Shown: positions 60,117-64,000 of the stretch, one piece after another
Layout: each line of letters opens with the position of its first letter
How positions within the stretch are numbered: the first letter of the stretch is position 1
DNA from: Escherichia coli
GTDB lineage: Bacteria; Pseudomonadota; Gammaproteobacteria; Enterobacterales; Enterobacteriaceae
Length of the DNA stretch: 64,000 nucleotides
Assembly (NCBI RefSeq): GCF_003018255.1
Contig: NZ_CP027440.1
Direction: 5' to 3' (one strand)
Translations under genes and position numbers: made by a program
The notes under the pieces: generated by a model
The model's input: only the letters and a program-made list of their open reading frames with translations
Databases searched by the model: none
Told to the model about the DNA's origin: nothing

Positions 60117-62396
60117 ATGAGCGAGCCGTTAATTGTCGGCATCCGGCATCATAGTCCGGCCTGCGCCCGGCTGGTGAAATCGTTAATCGAAAGCCAGCGG
60201 CCACGATACGTGTTGATTGAAGGCCCGGCTGATTTTAATGACCGGGTAGACGAACTGTTTTTAGCCCACCAGCTTCCGGTAGCTATTTACAGTTATTGCC
60301 AGTATCAGGACGGTGCAGCCCCCGGGCGTGGTGCCTGGACGCCATATGCTGAATTTTCGCCGGAGTGGCAGGCGCTACAAGCCGCTCGTCGTATTCAGGC
60401 ACAAACTTACTTCATCGATTTGCCTTGCTGGGCGCAGAGTGAAGAAGAGGACGATTCGCCTGATACGCAAGAGGAAAGCCAGACCTTGCTGCTGCGTGCC
60501 ACCCGCATGGATAACAGCGACACCCTGTGGGATCACTTGTTCGAAGATGAAAGCCAGCAAACTGCATTACCCTCTGCACTGGCGCACTATTTTGCACAAC
60601 TGCGGGGCGATTCCCCCGGAGATGCTCTCAATCGTCAGCGCGAAGACTTTATGGCCCGCTGGATTGGTTGGGCGATGCAGCAAAACAATGGCGACGTGTT
60701 AGTCGTCTGCGGTGGCTGGCACGCTTCTGCACTGGCAAAAATGTGGCGCGAATGCCCGCAGGAAATTAACACGCCGGAATTGCCCTCGCTGGCAGATGCC
60801 GTTACAGGTTGTTATCTCACCCCCTACAGTGAAAAGCGCCTTGATGTGCTGGCAGGATACCTTTCCGGTATGCCTGCCCCGGTCTGGCAAAACTGGTGCT
60901 GGCGGTGGGGCTTGCAGCAGGCAGGTGAACAACTGCTGAAAACGGTTCTTACCCGTTTGCGCCAGCACCACTTGCCTGCTTCAACAGCGGATATGGCTGC
61001 CGCTCATCTGCATGCGATGGCACTGGCACAGTTGCGTGGTCATACACTACCGTTACGCACTGACTGGCTGGATGCCATAGCAGGCTCGCTGATTAAAGAA
61101 GCCCTGAATGCGCCGTTGCCGTGGAGCTATCGCGGCGTTATTCATCCCGATACCGATCCGATTCTGCTAACGTTGATAGACACATTAGCGGGTGACGGAT
61201 TCGGTAAACTTGCCCCCTCTACGCCACAGCCGCCTCTGCCAAAAGATGTCACCTGCGAACTGGAACGTACAGGAATCTCTTTTCCGGCGGAGCTTACTTT
61301 AAATCGCTTTACCCCCGATGGACTGGCGCAAAGTCAGGTGTTACATCGGCTGGTAATACTGGAGATCCCAGGGGTTGTGCGCCAGCAGGGAAGTACACTG
61401 ACACTTGCAGGCAACGGTGAAGAACGCTGGAAATTAACCCGCCCGCTTAGCCAACATGCGGCATTAATTGAGGCCGCCTGCTTTGGTGCCACACTCCAGG
61501 AAGCCGCACGCAATAAATTAGAAGCCGATATGCTGGACGCGGGTGGAATCGGCAGTATCACCACATGTCTTAGCCAGGCGGCGTTAGCGGGTCTGGCGTC
61601 CTTCAATCAACAATTACTGGAGCAACTCACATTATTAATCGCCCAGGAAAATCAGTTTGCCGAAATGGGCCAGGCGCTGGAAGTGCTATATGCCTTATGG
61701 CGGCTGGATGAAATTAGCGGTATGCAGGGCGCGCAGATATTACAAACGACATTATGCGCGGCCATCGATCGCACGCTGTGGCTATGTGAATCCAACGGCA
61801 GACCGGATGAAAAGGAGTTTCACGCTCACCTGCATAGCTGGCAAGCGCTTTGCCATATCCTGCGCGATCTACATAGCGGCGTTAATTTACCCGGCGTTTC
61901 TCTTTCTGCGGCGGTAGCCTTACTGGAGCGACGCAGTCAGGCGATTCATGCCCCGGCGCTGGATCGCGGCGCGGCACTTGGCGCACTGATGCGTCTGGAA
62001 CATCCCAACGCCAGTGCCGAAGCGGCGCTGACAATGCTGGTGCAATTATCCCCGACACAATCCGGCGAGGCGCTGCACGGTTTGCTGGCATTAGCCCGTC
62101 ATCAACTGGCCTGTCAGCCGGTATTTATCGCCGGTTTCAGCAGTCATTTAAATCAACTGAGTGATGCCGATTTTATCAATGCCCTGCCCGATTTACGCGC
62201 GGCGATGGCCTGGCTACCACCACGAGAACGCGGGACGCTGGCGCATCAGGTGCTTGAGCATTATCAACTGGTGCAACTTCCCGTTTCGGCACTGCAAATG
62301 CCGTTGCATTGTCCACCACAAGACATTGCACATCATCAACAACTCGAACAGCAGGCACTGGCATCGCTGCAACACTGGGGAGTTTTCCATGTCTGA
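60117..62396 (+). CDS. yehM: Large protein of unknown function YehM
   Basis: Track ORF 59949..62396. The start is ATG 60117, which is 10 nt after the yehL stop and preceded by a GAGGAAAG SD (MSEPLIVGIRHHSPACARLV...). This gives 759 aa. The body is mostly Leu/Ala-rich and helical. Confidence 0.88.
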   Translation: MSEPLIVGIRHHSPACARLVKSLIESQRPRYVLIEGPADFNDRVDELFLAHQLPVAIYSYCQYQDGAAPGRGAWTPYAEFSPEWQALQAARRIQAQTYFIDLPCWAQSEEEDDSPDTQEESQTLLLRATRMDNSDTLWDHLFEDESQQTALPSALAHYFAQLRGDSPGDALNRQREDFMARWIGWAMQQNNGDVLVVCGGWHASALAKMWRECPQEINTPELPSLADAVTGCYLTPYSEKRLDVLAGYLSGMPAPVWQNWCWRWGLQQAGEQLLKTVLTRLRQHHLPASTADMAAAHLHAMALAQLRGHTLPLRTDWLDAIAGSLIKEALNAPLPWSYRGVIHPDTDPILLTLIDTLAGDGFGKLAPSTPQPPLPKDVTCELERTGISFPAELTLNRFTPDGLAQSQVLHRLVILEIPGVVRQQGSTLTLAGNGEERWKLTRPLSQHAALIEAACFGATLQEAARNKLEADMLDAGGIGSITTCLSQAALAGLASFNQQLLEQLTLLIAQENQFAEMGQALEVLYALWRLDEISGMQGAQILQTTLCAAIDRTLWLCESNGRPDEKEFHAHLHSWQALCHILRDLHSGVNLPGVSLSAAVALLERRSQAIHAPALDRGAALGALMRLEHPNASAEAALTMLVQLSPTQSGEALHGLLALARHQLACQPVFIAGFSSHLNQLSDADFINALPDLRAAMAWLPPRERGTLAHQVLEHYQLVQLPVSALQMPLHCPPQDIAHHQQLEQQALASLQHWGVFHV

Positions 62397-63525
62397 ACTG
62401 AACGATCTTCTGACCACCCGTGAGCTACAACGCTGGCGATTAATTCTTGGCGAAGCGGCAGAAACGACGCTTTGTGGGCTGGATGACAACGCCCGGCAGA
62501 TAGACCACGCGATGGAGTGGCTGTATGGGCACGATCCTGAACGGTTCCAGCGTGGTGAACGCTCCGGTGGATTAGGTTGCTCAAATCTCACCCCCCCTGA
62601 GTGGATCAACAGTATTCACACGCTGTTTCCGCAACAGGTGATTGAACGGCTGGAAAGCGATGCCGTACTGCGCTACGGCATTGAAGATGTGGTGACGAAT
62701 CTCGACGTGCTGGAACGTATGCAACCGTCTGAAAGCCTGCTACGCGCCGTTTTGCACACCAAACATCTGATGAATCCCGAAGTACTGGCTGCCGCCCGCC
62801 GGATAGTACGCCAGGTTGTTGAAGAAATTATGGCTCGACTGGCAAAGGAAGTTCGTCAGGCTTTTTCTGGTGTCCGCGATCGCCGCCGTCGCTCATTTAT
62901 TCCACTGGCGCGTAATTTCGATTTCAAAAGTACGCTGCGTGCCAACCTGCAACACTGGCATCCGCAACACGGCAAGTTGTATATCGAATCCCCCCGCTTT
63001 AACAGCCGCATTAAGCGCCATAGCGATCAATGGCAACTGGTCTTACTGGTTGATCAAAGCGGATCGATGGTTGACTCGGTGATCCACTCAGCGGTGATGG
63101 CGGCCTGTTTATGGCAGTTACCCGGCATTCGTACCCATCTGGTGGCGTTTGACACCAGCGTGGTTGATCTCACGGCAGACGTTGCCGATCCGGTAGAGTT
63201 ATTAATGAAAGTACAACTGGGCGGCGGGACCAATATCGCCAGTGCCGTGGAGTATGGTCGGCAACTTATTGAACAACCTGCAAAAAGTGTCATTATCCTC
63301 GTGAGCGATTTCTATGAAGGTGGTTCATCATCATTGCTGACGCATCAGGTGAAAAAGTGTGTCCAGAGCGGCATCAAAGTGCTGGGACTGGCGGCGCTCG
63401 ATAGCACCGCAACACCTTGCTATGACCGCGATATGGCCCAGGCACTGGTTAATGTCGGTGCACAAATAGCCGCCATGACGCCGGGCGAACTGGCGACCTG
63501 GCTTGCGGAGAATCTTCAGTCATGA
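62389..63525 (+). CDS. yehP: von Willebrand factor A (MIDAS) protein YehP
   Basis: Track ORF 62161..63525. The start is ATG 62389, overlapping the yehM stop (ATGTCTGA), giving 378 aa. MIDAS residues: LLVDQSGSM, GGGTNIASA, ILVSDFYEGG. Confidence 0.9.
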   Translation: MSELNDLLTTRELQRWRLILGEAAETTLCGLDDNARQIDHAMEWLYGHDPERFQRGERSGGLGCSNLTPPEWINSIHTLFPQQVIERLESDAVLRYGIEDVVTNLDVLERMQPSESLLRAVLHTKHLMNPEVLAAARRIVRQVVEEIMARLAKEVRQAFSGVRDRRRRSFIPLARNFDFKSTLRANLQHWHPQHGKLYIESPRFNSRIKRHSDQWQLVLLVDQSGSMVDSVIHSAVMAACLWQLPGIRTHLVAFDTSVVDLTADVADPVELLMKVQLGGGTNIASAVEYGRQLIEQPAKSVIILVSDFYEGGSSSLLTHQVKKCVQSGIKVLGLAALDSTATPCYDRDMAQALVNVGAQIAAMTPGELATWLAENLQS

Positions 63526-64000
63526 ATTCACTACGTCCGGAATTATTAGAACTGACACCACAGGCACTGACGGCGTTAAGCAATGCCGGTTTTGTTAAGC
63601 GCAGCCTTAAAGAACTGGAAAATGGCAACGTCCCGGAAATCAGTCATGAGAACGGCGCTTTAATCGCCACCTTCAGTGACGGTGTCCGCACCCAGCTGGC
63701 GAACGGCCAGGCACTGAAAGAGGCTCAGTGCAGCTGCGGGGCCAGCGGCATGTGCCGCCATCGCGTGATGCTGGTTTTAAGTTATCAGCGACTTTGCGCC
63801 ACCACCCAGCCTACGGAAAAAGAAGAAGAGTGGGATCCGGCAATCTGGCTGGAAGAACTGGCTACCCTGCCCGATGCCACCCGCAAACGCGCACAGGCGC
63901 TGGTCGCTAAAGGCATCACCATTGAGTTGTTCTGTACGCCGGGCGAAATTCCCTCTGCCCGCTTACCGATGAGCGATGTACGTTTTTATTCCCGCAGCAG
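63522..64000 (+). CDS. yehQ: SWIM zinc-finger protein YehQ, N-terminal 159 codons (continues past the window end)
   Basis: The ATG at 63522 overlaps the yehP stop (ATGA). My translation is MNSLRPELLELTPQALTALSNAGFVKRSLKELENG... with SWIM CxC-x7-CxH (CSCGASGMCRH, nt 63729-63761). The frame stays open to nt 64000. It is absent from the ORF track because no stop lies inside the window. Confidence 0.85.
   Translation, partial: MNSLRPELLELTPQALTALSNAGFVKRSLKELENGNVPEISHENGALIATFSDGVRTQLANGQALKEAQCSCGASGMCRHRVMLVLSYQRLCATTQPTEKEEEWDPAIWLEELATLPDATRKRAQALVAKGITIELFCTPGEIPSARLPMSDVRFYSRS

Overview
This window is an Escherichia coli chromosomal segment running from dgcE (yegE) to yehQ, colinear with the K-12 map at about 46-47 min. 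Gene order is dgcE', alkA, yegD, yegI-yegK-yegL, a Sib/Ibs array, mdtABCD-baeSR, yegP, yegQ, cyaR, yegR, yegS, gatR, gatDCBAZY, fbaB, yegTUV, yegW, yegX, thiDM with its TPP riboswitch, rcnR/rcnA/rcnB, yehABCDE, mrp, metG, yehH(molR), yehI, yehK, two zor-orz loci, and yehLMPQ'.

It is not K-12, judged against my memory of the K-12 map:
- There are four tandem Sib/Ibs type I toxin-antitoxin units instead of two.
- There is no yegJ between yegI and yegK.
- There is no P2 remnant (ogrK/yegZ) after cyaR.
- gatR is intact, with no IS.
- molR/yehH is an intact 1262-aa gene.
- A duplicated zor-orz type I toxin-antitoxin locus sits between yehK and yehL.

I saw no rRNA, tRNA, CRISPR array, transposase or prophage genes.

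The most interesting content falls into three groups:
1. The yehH-yehI-yehK / yehL-yehM-yehP-yehQ cluster combines two giant WGR/DUF4132 paralogs, a YehL-type MoxR AAA+ ATPase, a large unknown protein, a vWA/MIDAS protein and a SWIM zinc-finger protein. It looks like one multi-component NTPase system, and I know of no described function for it.
2. yegL-yegK-yegI is a translationally coupled vWA / PP2C phosphatase / membrane Ser-Thr kinase-HhH triad.
3. There are two expanded type I toxin-antitoxin arrays (Sib/Ibs x4 and zor-orz x2), the latter showing copy-specific co-variation.

All calls rest on reading the sequence, the ORF track and remembered E. coli biology. No searches were run.
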